DNA from: the human T2T-CHM13v2.0 reference genome, Homo sapiens
Reading direction: 5' to 3' (one strand)
NCBI RefSeq assembly: GCF_009914755.1
Contig: NC_060930.1
Length of the DNA: 64,000 nucleotides
A program made the position numbers and the translations under genes. The notes beneath the pieces were generated by a model that saw only the letters and a program-made list of their open reading frames with translations, was not told where the DNA came from and did no database searches. Of the stretch, positions 1-14,824 are shown piece after piece. Every line of letters begins with the position of its first letter. Position 1 is the stretch's first letter.

Positions 1-2298
1 AGGAGGAGGGCATGTTGGGCTGTCCAGACACTCCCAAGGACTTGGCTGACCCCAAAGATTTCTCTCTGCCTGTCTCTTCCCATCTCTATAAATCAGGCAG
101 CACAGGAGGAACAAACACATGTTATTGTTTTACCTTGAAGTGAAATCCACCTATTCCTCCTCAGTGCAGGCTCAGTATCTCCTGAGCCAGCCTCAGTGCA
201 TTGTGGTGTAAAGAGAAATAATTTTTTCTCCCTGTGGTGTTTAAGCCTAATTCAAATAGAAGCTGCTCTGTGATTAACTTACCTTTCTGTCATTCATTGA
301 TCAAATGGTGACTGAAGAAGAAGCTGAATGAAGGCACAGATAGCGAGTGCAGCGTCATGTCACACAAAGCTTTTGCATTTGTCAGCAGGGGCTGGTTCAC
401 AGTTTTGTTTTTTTTTTTTCTTTTCTTTTCCCAGATTAATTGTTACTTGTCACATGTAGATATTTGACTTCTTGAAAGACTTAAACCAAAACATTAAATA
501 AAGTAGCAGCTTAGAATGGCAAAATGGTTGGTTTTTTAAACAAACTAAATTGACCCAAGAGATTTTAGAATGACTATATTTTTCAGTTACATTTTTGAGG
601 AAAAGAAAATGGATATCAATTACAAATGGGTGGTTGCAGATACATTTTTTTAATAGTTCCAATAATACACATTTTTTTTATTTACCAGAAAAGTACAAGT
701 TCAGCTGCAAAGAAAATGCAGTAAAACTTGGTAAAGTTAAGGAATGCCACCTTCTGAATACTCGATACATTTGTTTGTAAAGAGACGATATATCGTATCA
801 TCTCTGTAGGGCATAAAGGGTGCTGGCAATTTCAAAACTAAAATCTGTTTCTGTGTTATAGCATATTATCAGCAGTACCAGATTTACAGTGAATACATTT
901 AAGATTTGAAAGATATTTTGGGGACTTTTGGTTCTTTATTAAATCTTTATATATCATGATTGATAATATGCAAGAACATTGGCTTTTTTTCCTTGCTCAG
1001 CATTATTCAAAAATGTTTTGCAATAAAATCCTAACACCATGTTGTCCATTTTCACTGCCCCCGACCCCTCATTTTAAGGAATATCACTGTACCCAGTCCA
1101 TTTTGGGTATCCTGACTTCATAAATGAGGGAAGTGTTAGCAGAGTGGATACTTAGGAGTTTGATGTCTTATATCCTGCTCCGTTTGGACTAGAACCTTAA
1201 TCTTTTCAATATTTTCTCCTTAAAGTATACTTCATCTGTCATTAATCTAAATTATCATCTCACATAAAGCAGCTGACTGTTGACGTTTTCAGTTATCACA
1301 GTGTGATCCTGAAATGGGGAAGGACTGAACAGAGCCCTGAAAGATGAGAGTTCGGCTCTGGCTGTACCCTAGCTTGTGTGATCTGTGAGTAAATGACCTT
1401 TTCCTCCTTTACTTTCTTCAGTCTAAAGCAGAACTGAAATAACCTATTCTCTCCTCACCCCTAGGGACATTGCAAAGATTCAGAACATATTCTCATTAGT
1501 GCGCTTTGGTTTTCTGCAATAAGGAGGGTGTGTAGACAGAGCTTGGTATTGTTGCCACGAGTGCTGGGGTCTAATAGGAACGCTGGTTTTTGGTTGGTTG
1601 TTTTTTTAACTTGCATGGTGTTTTAATAGCAGAAGATTATGGTTTCTTCAAAATATGGTAAAACGAAGGGATTTTTACACAAAGTTTTTTACTAAAAATG
1701 ACGATGTTAATGGCGTACTTTATTTGAAAGAAGCCTTATTTTTATTAGTAAAATACTTGATGTATGTTTTAATGTGTGTAGATTTAAAATACATTCTTTA
1801 ACATTATTCTCCATAACTATTCAACCTCACTAGGTTTTCCTGTTTAGTTAGCAATGGTCTTTTCTTTATTAGGCTAAAAAAGAAACCCATCAAACCCTGA
1901 CATGAGTCACATGATTTCCACATTTGACTCTGAATTAATTGGGTATGAGATGCAGCCTTCCCCCTCTCCACCCCGTGTGATACACTTCAGCTCTTCCCAG
2001 CAAGAGAGGTTCTGTTTTCTCTCTCTGAAAGAAATGCAGAGAGAAAGGAAATGCCTAGATGGTTTGGCTTCCACTAAGTAGAGAGGAGGATAGAGTCTTC
2101 AGGCATCCTCAGGAGGCCTTGAGTGCACAACAAGACAGGTGGCTTCAGCGCTTGCTTGTGGCCCTACTGTCCATACTGTTCAGAGGTCTTGGTGATGTGT
2201 CTTGCAGATGCTTTGTGTAGGTCTTTGAAAGAGAACTTGAACTGAGGATGGTGTGCTGTGATGAACACAGCCAGGGATGTGAGATTAGAAAATCTTGA

Positions 2299-2612
2299 GG
2301 CCGGGCACAGTGGCTGATGCCTGTAACCCCAGCATTTTGGGAGGCCTAGGCGGGCGGATCATGAGGTCAGGAGATCGAGAACACCCTGGCTAACACGGTG
2401 AAACCCCGTCTCTACTAAAAATACAAAAAATTAGCCGGGCATGGTGGCATGAGCTTGTAGTCTCAGCTACTCGGGAGGCTGAGGCAGGAGAATCACTTGA
2501 ACCCGGGAGGCGGAGGTTGCAGTGAGCCGATTGCACCACTGCACTCCAGCCTAGGTGACAGAGCAAGACTCCCTCTCAAAAAAAAAAAAAAAAAGAAAAA
2601 GAAAAAAAGAAA
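2299..2612 (+). mobile_element. Full-length Alu (AluSc8/AluY-like)
   Basis: GGCCGGGCACAGTGGC start, dimeric body, A tail. GGCTAACACGGTG with GGAGGTTGCAG suggests AluSc8. TSD AATCTTGAG at 2291-2299 and 2615-2623. Confidence 0.95.
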
Positions 2613-2757
2613 GCAATCTTGAGTTGAAAATGCAGTGAGAAGATTGAAAGATAACAGAATGACAAGTGTATATAAATGGAGTTGAGTGAGTTGCTGAGTG
2701 TATTCGTTTGGCTAGTTTCTCTCTATAAATAAATATAGAAAAAATAAAAAATATAAA

Positions 2758-2788
<31 letters not shown>

Positions 2789-2802
2789 TTTATATATATA
2801 TA
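2758..2802. repeat. (TG)n(TA)n microsatellite
   Basis: Direct reading. Confidence 0.9.
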
Positions 2803-2819
2803 AAATAAGGAAGACGAGA

Positions 2820-3196
2820 TCTGTAGTTGGCAACCTGGAGACCCAGGAGAGCACATGGCATAAGTTTCAGTTCAGTACCGAAGACCTGAGAACCAGGAGA
2901 GTGGATGGTGTAAGTTCTAGTCCAGGTCCAAGTTCAAAGGCAGGAGAAGGCCAGTGTCCCAGCTTGAAAGACAGGCAAAGAGAGAATTCTTTCTTACTCA
3001 GCCATTTTTCTATTCAGGACCTCAGTGAATTGGATGAGGACCACCACATTGGAGAGGGCAATCCGTTATACTTAAGTCTGCTGATTCAAGTGTTAATCTC
3101 ATCCAGAAACATGCTCATAGACACACCACATAATGTTTAACCAAATATCTGGGCACCCCAAGGCCCAGTCATGTTGACGTAAGACTAACCGTTACA
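2820..3196 (-). mobile_element. MLT2-family (ERVL) LTR
   Basis: Ends AACCAAATATCTGGGCACCCC...CCCAGTCATGTTGAC...TAACCGTTACA, the reverse complement of the MLT2 5' end. Left boundary approximate. Confidence 0.8.
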
Positions 3197-4642
3197 CTAG
3201 GCAAAGGCATTGAAAACACCTAGTTTCCCCTTAGTCCTGTCTTTTGAAGGCTAGGGGTGTTTTTGGTCCTCTATCTATGAGCTGTCTGTGGAGCAGTGAC
3301 AGTGCTGTGGCTGCATGGCAGCCAGCTACATTTCCTGGATACTGCTGCTTGAAGTCTATGTGCATTTTTTGCCCTTGGCATAAATAATGATAGCATGCCC
3401 TTAAATGGAAACTGTTCAACCTATGATGAAAATATCTTGATTACTCATATGAATAGTGGCATGGAAGAACACAGCTAGTTAAAATTCACAGTAATTCAGA
3501 AACTCATTTAAGCCTATTCTCTTCTAAGAAGTAACAAAATTAATTGCTCTTTCTGTACATGCCCACTCAGAAGTTGGTGCTTCAAGAGATGCGAAATGAC
3601 AGGCAGGTGATTTAGAGGGAGAAGGAGAACTGCCTTGGATAATATATGGACTGTTGTCTAACTTCGCCATTGGAATAGATTTGGGTGTCAGTTAAATGCT
3701 TTGCTTGGTGTTTCAAGTTTAATGAGACAGCTGTAGAATAAACTAAAATCATTTTCTAGAACATACTAAGCCTTTCCCATCTGACTACCTTGATACTTCA
3801 GTTTCTTTATCTGGAAACTGTCTTTTTGAATGGCTTATCTTTTTAATCTTGATTTAAAGTTTACTTCCTCAGATAGGCCTTCCCCAGCCATTCTTTTTTT
3901 TTTTAATCAAAAAATAACGTCTCCTGTCCTATTTTTAGGTTTCTAATGATTCCTACTTGAGTTGTTAGGCCTTCGCAGCCTCAGAAAGTATGTAGGTTTA
4001 CAGTAAATTATACACTGTGTATAATTCATTTTTCAATATATTGTAGGTATATTTTAAGGTTTAGTTAAGAAGTATGTAGGGGTAGAAGATCTTATGTTTT
4101 TAGTGACATTTTATGATTTACTATTGGCATTGTATTTTCCTTCCGTTTTTAATTTTTGATTTATATTATTTTAATTGTATTCTGTCAGATTGGCTGGAGC
4201 TATCCTGGACTTTAGTTTGAGGGATGACACTTTGGGGAGTAAAGATTGGGTTTACTTTGTACTCGAGTCTTCCACAATTTCCTTTGTAGGGCTAACCGTT
4301 GTCAGCAAGTATTTATGCAACTGTTGTCTTATGACTACATAGCATGTATTGGTCATAGAGTCTAAAAGCTTCTTAAACAAAGCATGGGATTTAAGAAAGA
4401 AGAATTAGCAGATTAAACCTTAATAATATATAAATACTTTACAAGTGAAGGTAAGACTTAAAAAGATTTAATAGCATAAACTTTAATAATTCATGTATTA
4501 GAGGCATCAGGTTTAAAATAAACTGCTGTTCTTTCACTTATTTTGTCTTATTTCCGTCTTTAAATTAGAAATGAAAAGAACCTGTAGTTGTTTTGTTTTT
4601 ACTGTGTCAAAAAAATGCTTAAAAGTCATGTTTCATGGTGGA

Positions 4643-4860
4643 TTTTTAAAATTGTGGTAAAATATATATAACATGAAATTTACCATTTTAGCCATTTTTA
4701 AGTGTGCAGTTCAGTGGCATTAAGTACATGCACATGCTTGAGGAAAACACCACCATCATCCATTTTTCAGAACTTCATCATCCCACACTGAAACTCTGTA
4801 CTCCTTAAACAGCAGCTCCCCATTCTCCCACCCCCCCTGCCCCCGGTAACCACTATTCTG
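4643..4860 (-). mobile_element. L1MB-type LINE-1 3' end fragment
   Basis: ATTGTGGTAAAATATATATAACATGAAATTTACCATTTTAGCCATTTTTAAGTGTGCAGTTCAGTGGCATTAAGTACA is the antisense L1MB 3'UTR signature. Confidence 0.8.
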
Positions 4861-6155
4861 TGAATTTGATGATATTTTAAAATTGTTGTCCACAGTGATT
4901 GTCCGAACCAATATATAGTAATGATATCTCTCTGTGTGTCTACAGGGATCACCTCCTTTAACGTGACTGTATCCTAACTAAATGCATAATTGCCTTGTAT
5001 TGGGAAATGGTAGACACTTCTCGAGGACCTGAAACCATTCAATTTAGTCAGTGCTCCTAGCCATCACTAACCTTATGTGTTCACCCGGAGTCAGATCATT
5101 TCTCTCATTTAAGAAAACAATAATTCTAGAAAATGACTTTTAAGTGACAGGTGGTAAAATGGACTGTCTTGAGTATGTGCTTGATACTCCAAACTTTACC
5201 AGTCTGCACTGAGAAGGCAAAAAGAATCAGTAACTGTTATGTAATATTTTTAATACTTCCTAGCTTGTCAGTATAATGCCATTGTGAATGCTGTGCAACC
5301 ATGCAAAATAAGTACATTGAAATGTAGGGATTCAGATGGCTTTTTAGTCATTTAATGAGCAATAGGAATTTTTGGAATTTCAAGGAAAGTGTTACCTTGC
5401 CAGAGGACTTGCTCTGTATTGCTAGGGAGTCTCACTGCTCAGGAGACTGAGGAACAGAGCAGGGCATGCAGCCTATCATTGCCGTGGCTGCTTAGAAGGA
5501 AGCAGCAGCAAGCAGGCATGAGAGGCAGCCTATTTCAGGGGTTGCAAAAGAAACACATGGTCCATGGCGCTTAGGGGAGGGAGCATTCACATCCCAGGCG
5601 GACACCAGGGGAAGCGCCTGAGGTTGGTGGTGGTTTCAGTAGGTGCTGAAGGCCACGAGCCATTTTAGCCGGTGCATATGGGGAAGGGAGACAATCATGA
5701 CATGGGCATTCCTGATAAAGGAGGCCACCGGAGTTGAGGGTTAGTGGTAGGGAAAAAAAGAGCAGCTGTTCGAGTTTTGATCAGCTGGAGTGTGCGATTT
5801 AGTCCCTGGAAGAGAAAGGGGCTTGGGCCCGTGTGGAGCACTTTGATAGGCTAAGTGGAACCCTGATTTTGTGAAACTTAATAAACTGGTGCTTTAGAAA
5901 GGTGGGTCCAGGAATGGCGCCTAGCGTCAATCAGAGAAGATAAGTTATTTAAAAGGGAAAGTGGTTAAAGGCTGTTTTAATTCTCCAGGAGGAAGATGCT
6001 GAGGGTCTCTACATTATGTCCATTGTGATGAGGGTGGAAAGGAGGGCCAAATGGCAGAGATATTGTCCAGACAGAGGCTGGCTGAACAGCAGGGATAAAG
6101 GAGAGAGTGGCCATAAAGCCTAGTGGCTTGCAATGCATATAGTATAACATTCAAG

Positions 6156-7440
<1,285 letters not shown>

Positions 7441-7809
7441 TTGGACTTATATGGAGTGCTGGTGATGGTTTCTCATAAATCACTATTCTGGAGTTTTGGT
7501 GGATATATTAAGGCAACAGTCTTCCTATTTTATTAAAAGTTTATTTGTCTTAAGAGGGAATTTTAACTTTGGTCCAATGTCTGGGGAGCTGATGGTATGC
7601 TGTTTCTCTTTCGATCGTAGGACAAGTTAGAGAAATAGATTTCCTATCTTGAATTATGGGGTGTGTGCCTGCAATCCACCACCTGCTCTGGCTGTCGTGC
7701 AGTGTTCTTCCATGGCTTCTGGGTTCTGTTTGTTAACATTTTATTTGAGATTTCTGCATATAGATCATAAATAGTGCTTATGTTTTATATGTTATTTATC
7801 ACTGGAACT

Positions 7810-8165
7810 ACTTTTCAGAGATCACCAGTCGCCTTCTGGTGATTACATTAACACTCCCTCACCTTGTTTACTGTCTTCCATCCCCTTCAACTCATCTGTG
7901 GCATTTCACACCCTGACTAGTGTTCTCATTTCACCTTCTTGAAATGTTCTCCCTCCTCTTCTGTGATGTGAAGAGCTGAGCTCTGTGGTCCTTGGTGGGT
8001 CTTCCTCCTCTCAGCGCTTCTGTCTTCTCCCCAGAGCCTCCCTCCGTGGCCTTTCGACTCCGGTGATCACTGGCATGGGCCTCTCTCAAGCATTGCTTAA
8101 CATGTTCATCTGCATGGCCTGCCATCACCTGGAACTCAATGTGTCTGAAACAAACTCAGTCGTCA
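7810..8165 (+). mobile_element. L2 fragment
   Basis: Pyrimidine-rich L2 motifs (TCTGTGGCATTTCACAC, CTCAATGTGTCTGAAAC). Confidence 0.55.
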
Positions 8166-9473
8166 CCCCCACCCCAAGTCAGCTTCTCACTCAACCTCTA
8201 ACGTTTTGTTAAGGATCCTGGCTCCAGCATGTGTGGAGTGCCTTCCATGTGCCTGGCTCTAAGAAGCCAGGTAGCAAGGAGAAAAAGTGACAGCAAAGGG
8301 GGCAGGCAACAAATACAGATTTCAAGAGACTTGAAGCGAGAAAGAAAAGGCCACAGGTTGGAGAGGGAGAGGCTGACAGGAGCCTGATCTGTCTGAGGTG
8401 CAGAAGCAGTCAGGGTGAGAAGCATCGGATGCAGTGACGGAAGAGGCCAAAGGGAGCAGTGTCCAGGAGGCGACCGAGGGGAGCAATAAGCTGGAGGAGG
8501 AGTCCAGAGGGAGAAGGGGAGGAAGGCAGGATCTAGAGAGACTGATGGGGGAACACCAGCTGCCGGAGGATGAGGCCTGTGCTGAGAAGAGTGGGGTTTG
8601 GTTCTTGAGGAGAATAGACATTTTAAGTCCTCTGAACATTTTTCTTAATGTGTATTATACCTTTGTGAGCAAAATGCTGTTCTCAGCTACTTTTGAGAGA
8701 CTCGTAAAGCGTGTAGGAGGACACGGAGGACCATGGGGGACTCATCTTTGCACATGGTGGGTGCTCGCAGTTATTCCTTGAATGTAAGGCTGCATCAGCA
8801 AGTGCATTCTCTCTTCAGGCAAGACTGCTTTTCAAATCTCTCCATTAGCAGTTCCATATCAGCAGCTTTAGGGCAGGTAGAGAAGGCGTTCATATCTCTT
8901 GAAATGTCAATCAAACCATTTAGGTCAAGTTTCAGTGTCTGTCTCAGTGATGTTATCTCTGTGGGTAGTAAGGGGCCATGAAGCCCAGCTAGCAGTCACC
9001 CTCAGCACTCCTGAGAGGCCTCGCGGCATTCCCTGGAATTCCTCAGTCTTGGGTGCTGCTTCTTTGCACGGGGCTTCTTCTCTCCAGTTGTTTGTCCCAA
9101 TTGTTAAGAAAGTTCATACCTGTGGAGAATATGGTTCTTCACTTTGCTCTGTCCTTCCCACCCACGGTCTCATACACCTGCCTAGAACACTTCCTCTGTT
9201 TGCATCATAACATTTCACATGTGATAGCTGTTCCCTTCTTATGTCTCTTTCTCCAGGATAAAGGTAACCTTTTTCGCTCATCTTCTAAATACTTGATTTC
9301 CAGACACTTTAATTCATAGGCTTGCATTTAGTACACTCTAAATTGAACATTGGATTGATTGTTGTCAGTGGGGTCAACACTGACCCCTTGTTCCTAGATA
9401 GAATTATAATCTGACTGTCCATGTTTCCTTATAGTATCCTGTGGTGCTTATCATAAGGGCACTAAGTTTTTAC

Positions 9474-9760
9474 TTTTTTTTGGAGACAGAGTCTCACTTT
9501 GTCACCCAGGCTGGAGTGCAGGGGTGTGATCTTGGCTCACCTCAGCCTTGACCTTCTGGGCTCAAGTGATCCTCCTGCCTCAGCCTCCCAAGTAGCTGGG
9601 ACTACAGTTGCATGTCACCATGCCCGGCTAATTTTTGTGTTATTTGTAGAGAGGGGGTTTCTACATGTTGCCCAGACTGTTAACTCCTGGGCTGAAGTGA
9701 TTTGCCTGCCTCGGTCTCCCAGACTGCTAGGATCATAGGTGTGAGCCACTGTGCCTGACC
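9474..9760 (-). mobile_element. AluJ
   Basis: Poly-T then GAGACAGAGTCTCAC...CTGGGCTCAAGTGATCCTCC...GAGCCACTGTGCCTGACC. Confidence 0.93.
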
Positions 9761-11804
9761 AATCTGTACTTCTATTCAGAATATAAAGTGTGTTTTACTA
9801 CCCATGCTCTATCACTCTGTATGTAGAAATAAATTACGTATATGTGTATGAGTGTGTGTGTATTATATACATAATTATATTCAATGCGATTTATAAAATA
9901 CATGTATGATATGGGTACCAAATACATTAATACCATATAATTATGTATATAGAACATGCATAATGTATACTTTATTATTATGTATGTAACACATATGTTG
10001 GCATGTGTGTATGTGTGTGAGAGAGAACAGTTTCTATATGTTAAATAATTTCCATGTTAATTTTGGTGCCACTGCAGAATCTTTCTGAGAGTGAGAAACT
10101 CCTCCCGGGGCATGTTCGCCTCTGAACCCGTAGTGCAGAAAGCCTGACCTCATCAGACCTAATACAGGAAGACTCGCTGCACTTGTGGCCCTGGGCCTGG
10201 CCGCCTGTGGAGCACAGAGCATGGCCATTGCCCCGTGGCTTGGCTCTGTTGAGGGCTGCCTGTTAGCTCCAGCTTTACTGGTAGCCTGGTTAGCTCTTTA
10301 GGTAAAGAGCCAGACAAGTTCAATTTGGTTTTGGTGTTGATTCTTTCCAAAGCAAAGCAAATTTCCCGGGTGTGATATAGTGTTCAGATTTGATTTTGCA
10401 TGTTGAGCCCGAGGCATTCCTTTGCCTGACTTGGCTTCTCAGCTCTGTTTGTGGGGAACTGGGCTGTAGACATTTGCTGTGGACCTTGTGTCAGAGGTGG
10501 CAGTGGTGCTAGTGGGGAAGAGAGAAGAGAAATGGTGGAGTGGTCCGTGTTATCATCCTGTTCTAGTGCTCAGAACTGCTCACGGAGGTGTCCTCAGCCC
10601 ATCCCACAGCCTGTTCCTTCCCGGCCGCACTGTTTCCTCTTTTTATCCTGATTCTCTTTTTGGCACTGAGAGTGGCCATTTTTCCATTGCCTGTTTCCTC
10701 TTGCTCTCCCGTGTCCCTGAAATTAGCCTGCCCCTGGCCTGGTGCGAGCCCAATGAGGGGACATTCGGGCTGCTGTTCCTTCATGCTTTCTCCCACCTCA
10801 TAGCCCTTCCCCGTCCCACAGAAAGAATCTTAGAGAGTTGGCCTACTTTCTGTCGATGCTGCTCCCTTGGAGGACCTCGTAGAATGCCACAAATTCTGTA
10901 TCAGAAATAGCTCTGTTTATTTGAATGGTTGGATGTCACCCTCTTCCAGAAAAACACTGTTAGTACACACGGGGAATTCCTTAAGATGCGGAGCTCTTCT
11001 TCAAATTACTCCAGCCCCATGTGGCTCCAGTTGTTTTTTTCAAGAGATGACTCATCTTTGTGGCCACACTTGGGAAATTTAAAGCTGTTCACTCTACTGA
11101 AGACAGAGGCTGGGGATGAGGAAAACAGTCACAGAGGCCTCTGATTATTATTAAGGTAGTGCAGGTATCTGTCATGTTCTCCTGTAATATTTTCTCTTTT
11201 CCTCTCCCTTCTGTCATCTTCCTTCCTCCCAGCTGCCTTGTTCCCAGAGCCCTCCTCATATTTATCCAGGGAGTGTCACTGCATCCAACATGTTTGTTCC
11301 CATGTTGCTCGTTGGCAACGTCACAGCCAGGACTGGGTGACAAAGATCTCCTCTGGGTCTTGCTTTCCCACTGTGCTGAGTCCAGTGATCATCTTTCATG
11401 TTTTGTCCAACCATCTGCCCTGAGATCTTGCTGTCTACTTCTTTTGATGTTTGTAGTCAATAGCTTGAAGTGACTTCTTCTTCTTCTTCTTTTTTAACCT
11501 CAGTAAATTATTACAAAGCAAATACCCTGACCATCCTAGTCAAAAAAGAACATTACATAAGCATTGAGCCTCTCCCAAACACCAATCCCTCCTGCTTTCC
11601 AAGAGGGAATCACTATCAGAACACTTGGGATCATCACTTCTTTCTGGAGCACCTCGTTTGATACCTCATTGTGAAGTCCAGGTTGTTCTTCTCACTTGTG
11701 CACTGTACGAATCACCAAATATACTTTCTAATGCTACTGAGTTTGATGAGAACTGTTCTAGAACACAGCCGTGATCTGTGGTTTTGAATATATGTGGTTG
11801 GATT

Positions 11805-11925
11805 CTCCCATTCATTCAACAAGTATATGTACGTGCTGGGCACTGTTGTAGGTGCTGGCAGTATATGGAGGTGCGGACTGGGGACAAAATCCCTGCTCTC
11901 ATGCAGCTTCCATTCTTCTCATGGA
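11805..11925 (-). mobile_element. L2 3' end
   Basis: CATTCATTCAACAAGTAT...CTGGGCACTGTTGTAGGTGCTGG. Confidence 0.6.
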
Positions 11926-12505
11926 GCTCAAGAAAATGCTCTTAAAAGACAGAGAATTAGAAAAAATACCTCTCCACTGGCTTTTTAAGACATAGGTGAG
12001 AGGAAACAGCTATTGTTCAGTCTTTGCCATCACTTCATTGATTCTGATTTTAAGCAACCCAGTTTTTGAGTCTGGTTTCTCCATCATGAAAATGTTGCAA
12101 ATTTTAGGGCTGTTGTAAACATATATAGCTGTAGATCAAGTCATTTATTCTAGGTTGAATTTCTAAGATATTCAACTCTCAACATTAGAATCATTAAGAA
12201 TATTACTCCTACATTTACTACACTTTCTTCACAATCAGCATGCCCTTAGAGTGGGAGAATTTTGATGATTGATTTTAGCATTGATAACTGAAATATTTTT
12301 TAAAATGGAAGAAAATGTTAATAAAATATTTTGATGACACACTTAACATGTAACATGAATCAAATTCCAGATTTAAGCCAAAACTCAAGGGATTACATTT
12401 GAGTTTTAATGCTTAGAAGTTTGAGTACTCTATGCTTTCTACCAGTGCTCCAAAGACTGGAAATAATAGAATTGCTTGTTTATTTGCCAAATCAGGCACT
12501 GGTTT

Positions 12506-13132
12506 TGTTACTGGAGGAAGGTGTCCAGGTTCTTGGCGTTTTGAACAAAGAATTAGACAAAACGCACAAACAAAGCAATGAAAGAAAACCACAGATTTTG
12601 AAAGTACATGCCACAGAATGGAAAGGGGCATGAGCAAGTGGCTCAAGAGCCCAGTTACAGAATTTTCTGGGGTTTAAATACCCTCTAGAGGGTTCCCACT
12701 GGTTACTTGGTGTACACTCTGTGTAAATGAAGTAGTGGTCCACGACCAGTCTGATTGGTTGCGGAAAGGGACTAATGAGAGGCTGAAGTGAAGTTACAAA
12801 GTTACACTCCTATGCAAATGAAGACTTGGCCTGTGACCAGTCTGATTGGTTGCAGGAGGGGACTAATCAGAGGCTGAAGTGAAGTTACAAGGTTATACTC
12901 CAGTGCAAATGAAGACTTGGCCTGTGACCAGTCTGATTTGTTGCAGGAGGGGACCAATCAGAGATACTTTCAATTTTTCATCTGCCACATGGAGAAGAGC
13001 AGGGAGGAGTAGCCTCTGGTTCTTTTGTTACTTGGGCATGGAAAGTTGGGGTTTTCCTTTTGATTTAGTTGTAGGAAGTCAGTGTGAATTGGCCTTAGGT
13101 TCCCTGCCTCCAAACCCTATTCTCCTGCCTCA
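12506..13132 (-). mobile_element. MER51 (ERV1) solo LTR
   Basis: TG...CA termini. Right end CCCTATTCTCCTGCCTCA is the reverse complement of the MER51 start TGAGGCAGGAGAATAGGG. Exact 4-bp TSD GTTT at 12502-12505 and 13133-13136. Confidence 0.9.
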
Positions 13133-13925
13133 GTTTGAATTCTTGCACCAGAGAAAATCCAAAACAGAAGGAATTCCACTCTTTTGTGTTCATGGTTCTT
13201 TTCAAAAGCTAGTTAGAGAGTGTAAAATTTTCAATATTTATATTAAATAATGGTGTTTTAAAGTGTAAAATAGTTTTGGACAGAAATAAGAAATAGCTTG
13301 CTGTGTATTACATTTCCTGAAACTACAGGAAAGTTGATTTTTGGTATATTTTGATATCCATACCCTTCAACAAAAGTCTTAAGTCAATGACATTTTACCC
13401 CCATTTATCTGTTTTGTACCGACTACTATGGCAAGTGACTGTGTGTGTGAGGGAAACAGTAATGCTTGACAACTCATGCTTCCTGATACAGAGGTTTCTC
13501 TAGGTAGGTAGTTCACTTTTTGTACAAAGCTGGCAGGTTCTGTGGACAGAAACCATGGTATCTCACAGACTGCATTTAAGTTACCTCTGAGATTGCAAAC
13601 TCCATGGCAGAAAAGATCACAGCAATTTGGGTATCTGTTTTAAATTGACAACTTAAAATGCACAATATGTTTATTTCTAAATTTTCAAAGTTAGAAAACA
13701 AGACAGCCTATATTAAATAATATAGGAATTTTTAAAGCAGAATGTGCTAAATGTAGAAAGTAGCTCAGTTTTTCTACTTGAAGGACAAAAATTCTAGGTT
13801 GACATACTCCTATTTTGATGACCTGTGATTGGTTGATGAGCTCAACCTTAGTTGGTAGTATTTCCCTTTTATCCCCCTGGGGGTGGCTTTAAATAATTCT
13901 AGAATGGCAGCACTGTGTTAATCTT

Positions 13926-14221
13926 TGGTTTGTTTGTTTTGAGACAGGTTCTCACTCTGTCCCCTAAGCTGGAGTGCAGTGGCACAATCATGGGTCACTG
14001 TAGCCTCCACCTCCTTCCAGCCTTCCACCTCCCACCTCAGCTTCTCCAGTAACTGGGATCACAGGCACACACCACCATGCCCAGCTACTTTTTAACTTTT
14101 TTGTAGAGACAGGGTTTCACTATGTTGCCCTGTCTGGTCTTGAACTCCTAGACTCAAGTGATCCTCCCACCTCAGCCTCCCAGAGTGCTGGGATTACAGG
14201 TGTGAGCCACCATGCCTAGCC
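13926..14221 (-). mobile_element. AluJ
   Basis: Antisense Alu body. TSD TGTG(T/C)TAATCTT at 13914-13925 and 14222-14233. Confidence 0.93.
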
Positions 14222-14824
14222 TGTGCTAATCTTAGAAGGAAAATTTCTTTCCAAATGTCTTCTTGAAGCATATAGTGTATATAAGAATCTACCTGTATTT
14301 TTGTCATTTTCATACACTTCAGAAATAGTTGTAGAAACTTTATGGTGCGATGTGCATTTACCATGAAGAACAGGCTTTGTTAGCATTTACCTAATAAGTT
14401 CCTAGTCATTTTGATTAATTCAGTCTTGTTGACATGATCTCATATAAGATCTAACCACAAGAAGCTGGTGCTTAACCTCGATCCTCTCATTTATCATTGG
14501 GATTTTAGTAGGATGCTGATTTTGAATAAGTTGAACACCTTCTAAACTTTTTTCCAAAATCCAGTGCTGCTAAAAACAGTTCTCTGAAGGTGAGGTCCTG
14601 GAGAGTTAGGCGGGAGGTGGGTGAAGAGGCTTTAGAGGCCGATGGTGATCCCAACTTCCTAAACTATCCAATTTGGGGGAAAGAATCTTCTTTGATTTTT
14701 ACAATTTTTAAGAAAATGAAGTCTGAGATCTTTCTTACAAAAAATAATTATTTAGTCTTTCTGGTACTGATAATTAGTGAGAGATTTATCAATCCTTTTT
14801 ACCCTTAGAATTAAATATTGAATA

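Noticed and set aside
785-796. 12-bp palindrome ACGATATATCGT
   Set aside because: Palindromes of this length are expected by chance in 64 kb
8434-8781. 115-aa Glu/Gly-rich ORF
   Set aside because: Starts at GTG, has no splice context, and the composition follows from purine-rich DNA
10479-10910. Longest ORF (143 aa)
   Set aside because: GTG start, no recognisable domain, length plausible by chance in 64 kb
12744-12960. CRISPR-like periodicity
   Set aside because: Whole-unit tandem repeat without unique spacers, inside a eukaryotic LTR
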